From positions 921 to 64,920 of the forward strand of contig CAZAJO010000008.1 in the NCBI GenBank assembly GCA_964485575.1: DNA of 64,000 bases. The letters are read 5' to 3'. The notes under the pieces are model-generated. The model was not told the DNA's origin. It worked only from the letters and a program-made list of their open reading frames with translations, and did not search any database. The position numbers and the translations under genes were made by a program. Numbering within the stretch: position 1 is the first letter of the stretch; each line of letters begins with the position of its first letter. Source of the DNA: an uncultured Gammaproteobacteria bacterium (GTDB lineage: Bacteria; Patescibacteriota; Microgenomatia; Levybacterales; GWA1-39-11). Shown here one piece after another: positions 29,291 through 37,622 of the stretch.

Positions 29291-30925
29291 TTAATTTTTT
29301 GGACCTCCTTCTTGAGGTATGGGTGCAATTGGGGCTACAGATGGCATAGCGTGTTGAGGTGTAGACTCGTGGGGAACTGCGGATTGGGGTGGTGATGCAA
29401 CCTGATGAGTAGGTTGTAGTGGGGCTTGTGCTGCAAATTGTGGCTGGACTATTTCTGCTCCTTTTATCGACATGGCAAGAAGAGCATCTTTATTATCCAT
29501 TATCTTTTTATTGAATTCCTTCAGGTCATTCGTAGCAGTTACATCATACAATATTTTTTGCCTACCTCTGTCATAATAAGCTGTTATCAAGCCCCTCTTT
29601 ACATCTTCGAGATCCTCAACTTTTTCGATGAGGTTTTGTAGTATCAGGGATATGACTACTAACTGCACAATTCGTGGAACTGACTCCTGATAAGGCTGGT
29701 TGAAGAATTTTTGGATAAGCTCTCCAAGTCTTAAGTTTTTCTTCACATCCTCAGTTAACTCTTGCCCAAAGTGGGAAATATTTTGCAATTTATCATTTTG
29801 TGAGATGAATGCTGTCAATTCTTTATTGATTTCCCGTGTCAATTTATCCAATGTCTGACGGCCAACACGGGTAACTGAAAGTGGAATGTTAACAGCCGGC
29901 CTCATTCCTTGAAAATAGATATTGCTGTCCAAATAGATGTGACCATCAGTAATTCCCATAACATTTGTTGTTATATATCCGGTAAAATCACCTTCAACAA
30001 TTTCAATGACAGGAAGGCAAGTCAGGCTCACTTCTCCTTTTGTTTTATGTTTGAAATTTCCTCCACGCTCGAGTAATCTTGAATGTACATAAAAGATATC
30101 CCCAGGATATGAATCACGACCAGGAAATCTACGGGCAAGAAGAGAAATCTCGCGGTAAAATTTTGCATGAGATGAAAGATCATCCAGTATCAAAAGTGTG
30201 TCTGTTCCTTGTTCTTTAAAATATTCAGCAATGGTCATTGCAGCATAAGGTGTCTGATAAATGAGAGTCGGAGAGTCATAGGAGCTTGTCGCTACAATTA
30301 TTATTTTATTCATGATTTTCTCTTCGATAAAAAATTGTTGTAGCTTTTTGATATCGCTTTTCTTTTTGGCGATAGCTGCATAAATCACTGTATTACCCTC
30401 AAATATCTGGGTTTTTATGATATTCATGATAAGAGATGTCTTTCCGGTCTTTCTGTCCCCGATAAGAAGTTCCCGTTGACCTCGCCCTAAGGGAATCATA
30501 AGATCCAAAAGTGCAACTCCTGTCACCAATTGCTTTGTAATCTTTTGACGGCCAGATATTCCGACCGGTTTTGCCTCAATATCTCGCATTGTTGTTGGAG
30601 GAGTGAAAGGAATACTTGGATCTAGAGGTTCTCCCAATGGATTTATGGCATGTCCCAGAAGTTCCGGACCGACCGGAACAGATAAAAGTGTATCGGTTCT
30701 TGTTACCATCGTACCCACTCGGACAGGCTCATGGGAAAAAACACGAGCCTCGACTTTCCCCCTATTGATGGCAAACACCTCAGCCTTCTGACCGGTCTCA
30801 AAAAGTATGACCTCGTGAGTTCTGACTTTTGGTAGCCCCTCGATAAATGCGATAGGATGGCTAACCTGATAAACAACACCGTATTCTCCTGATTTTTGTA
30901 GTAAAGCGTCAAATTGAGCGTTCAT
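29291..30925 (-). CDS. atpA: F-type ATP synthase alpha subunit with ~45-aa Pro/Gln-rich C-terminal tail
   Basis: GDRKTGKTS P-loop and an alpha-type layout. Tail: ...QFAAQAPLQPTHQVASPPQSAVPHESTPQHAMPSVAPIAPIPQEGGPKN. Confidence 0.92.
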   Translation of the reverse strand: MNAQFDALLQKSGEYGVVYQVSHPIAFIEGLPKVRTHEVILFETGQKAEVFAINRGKVEARVFSHEPVRVGTMVTRTDTLLSVPVGPELLGHAINPLGEPLDPSIPFTPPTTMRDIEAKPVGISGRQKITKQLVTGVALLDLMIPLGRGQRELLIGDRKTGKTSLIMNIIKTQIFEGNTVIYAAIAKKKSDIKKLQQFFIEEKIMNKIIIVATSSYDSPTLIYQTPYAAMTIAEYFKEQGTDTLLILDDLSSHAKFYREISLLARRFPGRDSYPGDIFYVHSRLLERGGNFKHKTKGEVSLTCLPVIEIVEGDFTGYITTNVMGITDGHIYLDSNIYFQGMRPAVNIPLSVTRVGRQTLDKLTREINKELTAFISQNDKLQNISHFGQELTEDVKKNLRLGELIQKFFNQPYQESVPRIVQLVVISLILQNLIEKVEDLEDVKRGLITAYYDRGRQKILYDVTATNDLKEFNKKIMDNKDALLAMSIKGAEIVQPQFAAQAPLQPTHQVASPPQSAVPHESTPQHAMPSVAPIAPIPQEGGPKN

Positions 30926-31461
30926 TATTGTTTTGGTGGCAATGTCACCATGCCTGACGAGACAAGCATTTCGCTTGTGACTTTTGTAAGGATAGGCCGT
31001 ATCGAAAAGTCCAGATATTTACCACCTGATTTGATAGCAGCGCCTGCAACAAGGGACTTATCTACACTTACTTCAAAAAGGACTTGCTTATTAACATTTA
31101 TGACAAACCATCTTGAGAAAGCTTGTAGTGTCTCTTCTTTAGGCTCAAAAGCGAGAATGAGCGAGATGATAGGAAGACCGGTTATTTTTATCTGTATCTT
31201 CTCTATAAAGTCTTTAATGGCAAGCCGAGACTCTGGATTTACGTTGTTGTTGCGAAGCAATGTCATAAAAGCATCCTTTTTCTTGATCCCAAAATTATCC
31301 AAAAGTGCAGCCTCCGGATTGAACTGAGTCGCAAATATCTTTTGAGAGATAAGGTTGAGGCGGTTTGAGAAATCCTCCGCTTGAGCCTTTGTGTTAAATA
31401 GTTCTGATAGGTCAAGTGTATCCATATTAGTCGAATAATCCGTCTTTTTTAGCTCGTTCAA
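30925..31461 (-). CDS. atpH: F-type ATP synthase delta (OSCP) subunit
   Basis: C-terminus EVSVDKSLVAGAAIKSGGKYLDFSIRPILTKV matches the OSCP pattern ([23 protein letters not shown]). An alternative start at the internal Met (~31425) would remove the 35-nt overlap with atpF. Confidence 0.75.
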   Translation of the reverse strand: MNELKKTDYSTNMDTLDLSELFNTKAQAEDFSNRLNLISQKIFATQFNPEAALLDNFGIKKKDAFMTLLRNNNVNPESRLAIKDFIEKIQIKITGLPIISLILAFEPKEETLQAFSRWFVINVNKQVLFEVSVDKSLVAGAAIKSGGKYLDFSIRPILTKVTSEMLVSSGMVTLPPKQ

Positions 31462-32167
31462 GTGACTTTATGACTAGATTTTGATGATCCTCAAGTGACA
31501 GTGATTTGTTGAGGATCTCTTGAGCCACTTTCTGAACAATCCCATTACTTGCTTGCTCGATCCTATGCATTTTTGCTGTCTTGTATGTTTCTATTTCCTT
31601 CTCAAGATTGTTCAGTAACGTCTGTCTAAAGTCTCTTATCTGCTGCTGTAGGGCAAGCTCTAATTCACTTGTGACATTCTGAAACCCGCTCAGAGACAGA
31701 GTTGTTATCTGCTTTAAAGAGGCTTGGTAGCTTGCTGTAAAAGCATTTCCCGTGTCATATGCCTCCTTGTGGACATCAACTACTATCTTTTGCAATGCTT
31801 GGTCTAAAGCCATTTTTGAACTCGAGCTCACATTGCCAACGTCAACTACCATCCGCTCCAAAGCATTGTCCAAAGATGCCTTTGAAGTCTGACTGATATA
31901 CTGCGCTCCTGCAAGAACTTGGTTGGCCTGATGGGTCGCAATCTGCATAATCTGATTGGACTGATTGACCGCGTTGTCTAGTATCTGACGCTCGCGGGCC
32001 ATCCCATTGCCGACTATCTCACTGTAGTCAGTTTCGAGCTTATTCTCACGCTTGTCGATGTTTTTTTCTTTATTTCTTACTCCAAGCAAGTAAAAAACAA
32101 CAAAAACGACGATTACCAGGTCAAACACAACACTAATAACCTGGAAGAGCAGGTTGGGCATATACAT
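31427..32167 (-). CDS. atpF: F-type ATP synthase b subunit-like protein (N-terminal TM helix plus long coiled coil)
   Basis: First gene of the operon. One N-terminal hydrophobic helix, then ~200 aa of heptad-rich helix. At 246 aa it is long for a b subunit. Confidence 0.55.
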   Translation of the reverse strand: MYMPNLLFQVISVVFDLVIVVFVVFYLLGVRNKEKNIDKRENKLETDYSEIVGNGMARERQILDNAVNQSNQIMQIATHQANQVLAGAQYISQTSKASLDNALERMVVDVGNVSSSSKMALDQALQKIVVDVHKEAYDTGNAFTASYQASLKQITTLSLSGFQNVTSELELALQQQIRDFRQTLLNNLEKEIETYKTAKMHRIEQASNGIVQKVAQEILNKSLSLEDHQNLVIKSLERAKKDGLFD

Positions 32168-32483
32168 CCATAGTACGGTAAAACGTGAATTTTGTGAAGA
32201 TGTCAGTATATATAACTGAAGGAAGAATTGAATTTTGAGGTCATTAGACCTATAACTTTTCGCGCCTTACAAATGTCACAAGCCTATAGGTTGCATGCTG
32301 TATAATTACTGTTATGCAAGCAGAAGTAAAAGTCATTCACCTCTTAGAACCTATGGAGGAAGGGAAGGGTACTGTTGCGCTATTTTTAAATGATGAATAT
32401 GGATTTACGGTATTCGAGCTTTATTCTAAAATTCGAAGCTTTTTTACTAACAATCAGTTATAATTTCTTACACATGAAAGGGG

Positions 32484-32909
32484 GTGAACTACATGACAAA
32501 ACTTAATCCTTATATAAATTTTAAAGACAACACGCGAGAGGCAATGGAATTCTACAAATCAGTATTTGGAGGAGAACTTACCATGAGCACTTTTAAAGAG
32601 GGCATGGGCCAGGACGGACCTGAGGCAGATTTGATAATGCATGCCATGCTTATCGTCGGACCTGAAATGACACTTATGGCATCTGACACTCCATCTCATA
32701 TGGAATACAAACCAGCTGCTGGAATCGGGATGTCTTTGAGTGGTGAAAGCTCAGATGAAGAGCAACTTACCAATTATTGGAACAAACTGTCTGTTGGCGG
32801 TACACCATTTATGCCACTTGGAAAAGCTCCATGGGGAGATACATTTGGAATGTTGACTGATAAATTCGGTATCAACTGGATGGTAAATATAGCTGGCAAG
32901 AAAGAATAA
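32484..32909 (+). CDS. VOC/glyoxalase-superfamily protein (PhnB/YjdN-like)
   Basis: MTKLNPYINFKDNTREAMEFYKSVFGGEL... is the usual VOC N-terminus. GGGGG Shine-Dalgarno 8 nt upstream. Confidence 0.75.
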   Translation: MNYMTKLNPYINFKDNTREAMEFYKSVFGGELTMSTFKEGMGQDGPEADLIMHAMLIVGPEMTLMASDTPSHMEYKPAAGIGMSLSGESSDEEQLTNYWNKLSVGGTPFMPLGKAPWGDTFGMLTDKFGINWMVNIAGKKE

Positions 32910-32930
32910 AATTTCTTGATTCTATAACTA

Positions 32931-32961
32931 AAAAGCTCACTTTACGTGAGCTTTTTTTTGA
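32931..32961 (+). terminator. rho-independent terminator after the VOC gene
   Basis: aaaaAGCTCACtttacGTGAGCTtttttttt: a 7-bp perfect stem, 6-nt loop and T8 tail. Confidence 0.8.
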
Positions 32962-32986
32962 ATCTGATAGCGGTCAGTAGTATAAT
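32958..32986 (+). promoter_or_regulatory. sigma70-like promoter TTGAAT-17nt-TATAAT ending 6 nt before the ATG at 32993 (likely a leaderless transcript)
   Basis: -35 at 32958-32963, 17-nt spacer, -10 TATAAT at 32981-32986. The predicted TSS falls on the start codon. Confidence 0.45.
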
Positions 32987-32992
32987 CGCCGC

Positions 32993-33442
32993 ATGAGAGA
33001 AATTTTTCCTGATTACGAGCTTACCGAAGACCATTTCATGGAAGTGATTAAGGACAGGATATCCAAACTAAAGATAAAAAATGGTGAATTAAAGACAGGT
33101 AATGGATTTGAAGACCCCGCAGAAAAAGAGAAAGATTGCAAAGGTAGATCAAAACACTATATTGCCTTGAACGGAAAAGATACACCAAGACAACAGGCTG
33201 TGTCTCTTGTTCATGAAGCTATACATATAGATATTTCTGAAAGATTTTGGGAGCAACCCATGTATGGAACGTTCATAGAAATGAGATCTGATGAGGAAAG
33301 GTTAGTCGCATCTAGAACTGAAAAGTTTTTAGGTGAAAATTTGTCACTTGCTTTAGCTGGACTATATTTTACAAAGATGAAGCATGGCAATGGTATCCAA
33401 ATTCCCCTCATTCCCGAATCTATGCTACCAACTACAGCCTGA
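32993..33442 (+). CDS. hypothetical small protein with HExxH (HEAIH) zinc-metallopeptidase-like motif
   Basis: ATG at 32993. Motif ...VSLVHEAIHIDISERFW... No family recognised beyond the motif. Confidence 0.45.
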   Translation: MREIFPDYELTEDHFMEVIKDRISKLKIKNGELKTGNGFEDPAEKEKDCKGRSKHYIALNGKDTPRQQAVSLVHEAIHIDISERFWEQPMYGTFIEMRSDEERLVASRTEKFLGENLSLALAGLYFTKMKHGNGIQIPLIPESMLPTTA

Positions 33443-34237
33443 GGATGAGAAATGCTACACCAAGACCTGCAAGGGCAATTGCTGCTACTATCGTGACATT
33501 AAAGATAATCCCGAGATGAATTATGCGTGACGCCGCGGGATTTCGACCCAACGCCTCAACACCTTTTGCAGCTGCACGTCCAAAACTCAAAAATCCAAGT
33601 ATCATAGAACCTAAGACCACAATTGCGGCCATTATGTATTTAAATATTGCTGAAGGTCCTTCTTTTGTAGGAGTCAGTACTAACTTGAATACATCAGAAA
33701 GTGTACCTGGAAAGGTTGGCTTAGAGTTGAAATAGTGAAGATCAAGACTTATCGCTATCTTGTCAGACGCTTTCTTATTTGAGTTTGTATAGTCCTCAGC
33801 CGCAGTTCCCAATACATATCCCTCTTTTGTCGCTTTGACAGCAACCCCTGGCATTGTTGATGAAGTGACCAGATCTCCCTTTTTTATATTCCCCTCCAGT
33901 GAAGAGACATAAACATATACTGTTCCTGTTGAAATGACAGGCACACCATTTGTGATATTTGTGGTGTTTATAATAATTGCAGCATCCCGCGCAACTACTC
34001 CAAGGACTTGAGAATCGTATGGTATTGTGGTTGCTACTGCACCCTTTGACCCTGCCGAAAGAATAATACCATCCTTCACATTTTTATCCTTCACATCAAC
34101 CATATGAGCAACCCCCAAAGTAGCCCCGGTGTCAGTCGTTGAATTAACCGCAGGGGTAGCAGTCTGAGCTTCAATTTTTACAACGTTCGTTACAAAAACC
34201 AAAAACATCAATACTACAAATAGGAATAATCTTTTCA
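33432..34237 (-). CDS. secreted protein: signal peptide plus ~170-aa extracytoplasmic domain plus a C-terminal two-helix hairpin resembling an ATP-synthase c-subunit (proteolipid) without the ion-binding carboxylate
   Basis: Probable start MKRLFLFVVLMFLVFVTNVVKIEA at ~34237 (the track ORF extends to 34277). The C-terminus AAIVVLGSMILGFLSFGRAAAKGVEALGRNPAASRIIHLGIIFNVTIVAAIALAGLGVAFLILRL lines up with chloroplast/bacterial AtpE ...[49 protein letters not shown]. The R(Q/N)P loop and GL.VA are shared, and E is replaced by A. Confidence 0.55.
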
Positions 34238-34257
34238 TATATCTACTATAGCAATTT

Positions 34258-35250
34258 TTACCTTTGACCAGAAACAATTTCGGAAAGACTTTGGCTATTG
34301 TTAACCTTTTGCGTTACGTCATCCTTTTCCCGTTGAAGTTCATTCACTTTTATATTTAAGTCTTCTGATTTTATCTCTAGTTCAATATTGTTGACTCGAA
34401 GTGCCTCTCCAATGAGATACCTTTCCAGTTCAAATTTATATAATAATTTCGTGTTTAGCCAGTTCACTGTCAGAGACATCAAATTCAGAAAAATGATAAG
34501 AAGTGGAATCGTCAATTCTTTATCAAACAGTTTCATATAACCTGCAGTCAAAAGTGCAAAACTCATAACAGGTGGAACAACAATCAAATAGATAAGAAAC
34601 CTGAGAGACAATCTACTGCTAGGACTGTCTATCGTTAGCATACCTAAAAATCCTCTATCAGGCTTACTTAGCAACAAGGACTGGCAACTTATGATAAATA
34701 GTGCAGAAATCATGAGTTGATTAACTTTTGTATGAAGATCTTGCTTTGTTATGACAGCATAAACAGATTCATAAAAAGTAAGTGCAACCAGTAGTATCGT
34801 GAAAAAGAGTATTAGTTGACTGAAAAAATGCCTATGGACTAATTTAGTGTAAAGCAAAATCATGGTAATACCAAAAACACAAAGAGCGACACCATAATAG
34901 AAATTACTTTGAGAACTGAGAATAGATAACACTCCAAAAAGAATAATAAGAACCAATAAAACAACACTAATAATCTTGCGTACGTTAGAAAGTTGAATGG
35001 TACTATACTTTTTCTTCTGGATTAACAAAAACAATGCTGAAGAAATAACCCCTGCAAAAATAAATAGATGAATCAAACCAAATAAAAACATCACAAAAGC
35101 TGCTCCCGCCGATAAAACACCACTAACATCTGAAATCCTTCTAATGAGGGTAACAGCGCCTGTATTTGCAGGAACATTTATATTTGAAGCGGGGTATACG
35201 ACTTGAGTCATACTAAAAGTATAGGTAAAATTACTATGGAATACAAACAA
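34258..35250 (-). CDS. polytopic membrane protein (7-8 TM) with C-terminal coiled coil
   Basis: Seven or more hydrophobic helices, then the heptad-rich tail ERYLIGEALRVNNIELEIKSEDLNIKVNELQREKDDVTQKV. It overlaps the downstream gene frame by 20 nt, indicating an operon. Confidence 0.5.
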   Translation of the reverse strand: MFVFHSNFTYTFSMTQVVYPASNINVPANTGAVTLIRRISDVSGVLSAGAAFVMFLFGLIHLFIFAGVISSALFLLIQKKKYSTIQLSNVRKIISVVLLVLIILFGVLSILSSQSNFYYGVALCVFGITMILLYTKLVHRHFFSQLILFFTILLVALTFYESVYAVITKQDLHTKVNQLMISALFIISCQSLLLSKPDRGFLGMLTIDSPSSRLSLRFLIYLIVVPPVMSFALLTAGYMKLFDKELTIPLLIIFLNLMSLTVNWLNTKLLYKFELERYLIGEALRVNNIELEIKSEDLNIKVNELQREKDDVTQKVNNSQSLSEIVSGQR

Positions 35251-35291
35251 TCAAGTTCATAATTATTCACATAAAGGAGTATAATTTTAGG

Positions 35292-35663
35292 GTGACAAAA
35301 ATACTCTTGATTGATGATGATCCACTAATACGTCGGCTTTATTTAAAGGCACTTCAATTTTCAGGGTTTGAGACAAAAATTGCATCAGATGGAGAATTGG
35401 GAATAACAATGGCACGTACTTATCTTCCGGATCTTATCCTACTTGATATCATGTTGCCTAAAAAAAATGGGTTTGAAGTCTTAAGAGAATTAAAGATTGA
35501 TCCACAAACAGCCTCAATCCCAGTAATAATCCTGTCTAATCTCTCACACGAAAGTGATGCAGAAACTGCGCTTGATAGTGGAGCTATCAACTACTTAATA
35601 AAGAGTGATCACGAACCAAATGAAGTTGTGCAATTGATTCAAAAAACTCTTAGCATAAGTTAG
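35292..35663 (+). CDS. single-domain response regulator (CheY-like receiver)
   Basis: MTKILLIDDDPLIRR...LILLDIMLP...IPVIILSNL...LIKSD: acidic pocket, phospho-Asp, T/S and K positions all present. No output domain. Confidence 0.85.
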   Translation: MTKILLIDDDPLIRRLYLKALQFSGFETKIASDGELGITMARTYLPDLILLDIMLPKKNGFEVLRELKIDPQTASIPVIILSNLSHESDAETALDSGAINYLIKSDHEPNEVVQLIQKTLSIS

Positions 35664-36673
35664 TTAGGTTGAAGAACTTCAAGTAATCCTGACAAAGACA
35701 TCGTTGCAACACATATCACCGAATCACAACCACCATAGTAAAGATATATAGTGTCATCTCTCACAATAGCACCACATGAGAATACAAGATTTGGAATTGT
35801 TCCTTGCATCTCATAATCTTTTTCTGGCTCAAGAAGGGGAGCATTCGTTCTTGAAATTATTTTACGAGGGTCAGAAGGGTCAAGTAGCATAGCTCCAATC
35901 TTATAAACAAATCCTGGATTGCAAGCAGCATGGTAGAACAAAAGAAGTCCTTTTTCAGTCTCTATTGGTGGTCCTGCAATACCAATCTTTATGTTGTCCC
36001 AGTTGTCTAGTCTGGCTTGGGCCATAATGCCGCCGGTTAAGAATTTGACATCAGGAAATGATAAATCTCTCAACTTATCAAACCAAATAGAATGGCCAAG
36101 TCTATGGAAAGCATAATACCCATTTTCAAGTTTAAAAACGCTTGCATCTTTATCATCAACCCCCGGCGGTGAGATAAGCTTTGGACTGTCCCAATTCCAG
36201 TTTTTGGCGACAAAATCACTGACAGAGATGGAGGTAAATGCGACTCTTGGAGGATTGGTTCCATCATATGCTGTATAGGTCATATAAAATCTGTTCTCGA
36301 TCTTTGTAATGCGGGGATCTTCGCATCCTGAATTCCATCCCGGTTTTGTGCTCATCTCAAAATCCTGGGTAGGACGGTAGATAGGCTCATCGAGATTTTC
36401 ATTAATGGTTAATCCATCAACGGATGAAGCGTATCCCAGACAGCTTACACCATCATATCCTTGAGCTCTATATATAAGATGGACTCTCCCTTCCTCATAT
36501 ACTACAGCCGGGTTGAATGTCGCTTTTGCCCGCCATGAAAAATTAGGATCCGGAGTGATGATAGGATTTCCGTCAAACTTTGTAAACTTCGTCTGGATTA
36601 CATCCTGAGGCTCACTTTCATTAATGGATTTTTTTGTGTTGTTTGAGGATGAAAATCCTAAGAACTCGAACAT
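35660..36673 (-). CDS. GH130-like glycosidase/phosphorylase (DUF377 beta-propeller family)
   Basis: Motifs GCEDPRI, YTAYDG and YYGGCDS are typical of GH130/DUF377. Confidence 0.55.
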   Translation of the reverse strand: MFEFLGFSSSNNTKKSINESEPQDVIQTKFTKFDGNPIITPDPNFSWRAKATFNPAVVYEEGRVHLIYRAQGYDGVSCLGYASSVDGLTINENLDEPIYRPTQDFEMSTKPGWNSGCEDPRITKIENRFYMTYTAYDGTNPPRVAFTSISVSDFVAKNWNWDSPKLISPPGVDDKDASVFKLENGYYAFHRLGHSIWFDKLRDLSFPDVKFLTGGIMAQARLDNWDNIKIGIAGPPIETEKGLLLFYHAACNPGFVYKIGAMLLDPSDPRKIISRTNAPLLEPEKDYEMQGTIPNLVFSCGAIVRDDTIYLYYGGCDSVICVATMSLSGLLEVLQPN

Positions 36674-36720
36674 ATATTTATAGTAGCACTAATTGACCAC
36701 CGTGGTAAAATCAACTACAT

Positions 36721-37161
36721 ATGCAAAAGGAAAAATTTAAGATGATTGTCTCTGTTTATCTACTTCTTATGAAGGAAGGAAAAATTTATCTTCAAAAAAG
36801 AAAAGGTACAGGATTTAGGGATGGACAATGGGGGCTTATTGCCGGTCATCATGATGGAGGCCAAACTCTCAAAGAAGCGATGATTCGGGAGGCCAAAGAA
36901 GAAGCAAACATTGAAATTTTGCACTCGGATCTTCAATTTGTTCATGCTCTCCATAAAAGAGAAAATGACGAGAGACTCGAAATATTTTTCAGAACTGATA
37001 CTTGGGTAGGTGAACCGATCATTGCCGAACCGCATAAGGCAGAAAGCGCAGAGTGGTTTGACCCAAATCAACTTCCTGAAAGAACAATAGACTACATTGC
37101 AGATGTCATCAAGAATGTTACAGCTGGAACTAACTATAGTGATTATGGTTTTGAATCATGA
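36721..37161 (+). CDS. NUDIX hydrolase
   Basis: Nudix box GLIAGHHDGGQTLKEAMIREAKEEANI. Confidence 0.8.
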   Translation: MQKEKFKMIVSVYLLLMKEGKIYLQKRKGTGFRDGQWGLIAGHHDGGQTLKEAMIREAKEEANIEILHSDLQFVHALHKRENDERLEIFFRTDTWVGEPIIAEPHKAESAEWFDPNQLPERTIDYIADVIKNVTAGTNYSDYGFES

Positions 37162-37622
37162 ATAAGCTTGCGACTCTTTGCTATCTTCAAAAAAATGGGC
37201 GCACACTTATGATATGCCCCCACAAAAAGAAAGTCACAGAATATAATGGGAAATGGAATGGATTGGGAGGAAAAGTGCAGAATGGAGAGACCCCTGAAGA
37301 ATGTGCGATACGTGAAGTGTATGAAGAATCCAATTTAAAGGTTAAAAAGCTCCAGTTTGCGGGTATCCTTACGTTCCCTAAGATTTTTGATGATCAAGAT
37401 TGGTATTGTGTAGTTTATAAAAGCTCAGATTTTTCCGGAAAGTTAATTGAGTCTGATGAGGGAAACCTGGAATGGATAAAGAATGAGAAAGTTTTGGAAA
37501 AAAACCTTTGGGAAGGTGATCATTTTTTTCTTCCGTATCTTTTTTCAGGTAAATTATTCAATGGGAAATTCTTTTACAAGAAGGGTACATTGTTAAAGCA
37601 TTCAATATCCCTTATGGAGTAG
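37158..37622 (+). CDS. NUDIX hydrolase (MutT-like)
   Basis: Nudix box GLGGKVQNGETPEECAIREVYEESNL. ATGA overlap with the upstream NUDIX gene. Confidence 0.8.
   Translation: MNKLATLCYLQKNGRTLMICPHKKKVTEYNGKWNGLGGKVQNGETPEECAIREVYEESNLKVKKLQFAGILTFPKIFDDQDWYCVVYKSSDFSGKLIESDEGNLEWIKNEKVLEKNLWEGDHFFLPYLFSGKLFNGKFFYKKGTLLKHSISLME

Noticed and set aside
32314-32466. 50-aa plus-strand ORF (MQAEVKVIHLLEPMEEGKGTVALFLNDEYGFTVFELYSKIRSFFTNNQL) upstream of atpF, with a TATAAT 7 nt before it
   Set aside because: It has no recognisable family, sits in an AT-rich intergenic region, and is below the track threshold. It is kept only as a low-confidence note, and it is not a c subunit.
34258-35250. 330-aa membrane protein as a divergent ATP-synthase a subunit (LSLRF resembles LSLRLFGN)
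   Set aside because: Only the LSLR tetrapeptide matches. The GN/AGE context and other conserved a-subunit residues are absent, and the TM count and coiled-coil tail do not fit. It is not claimed, but it could be tested by HHpred.
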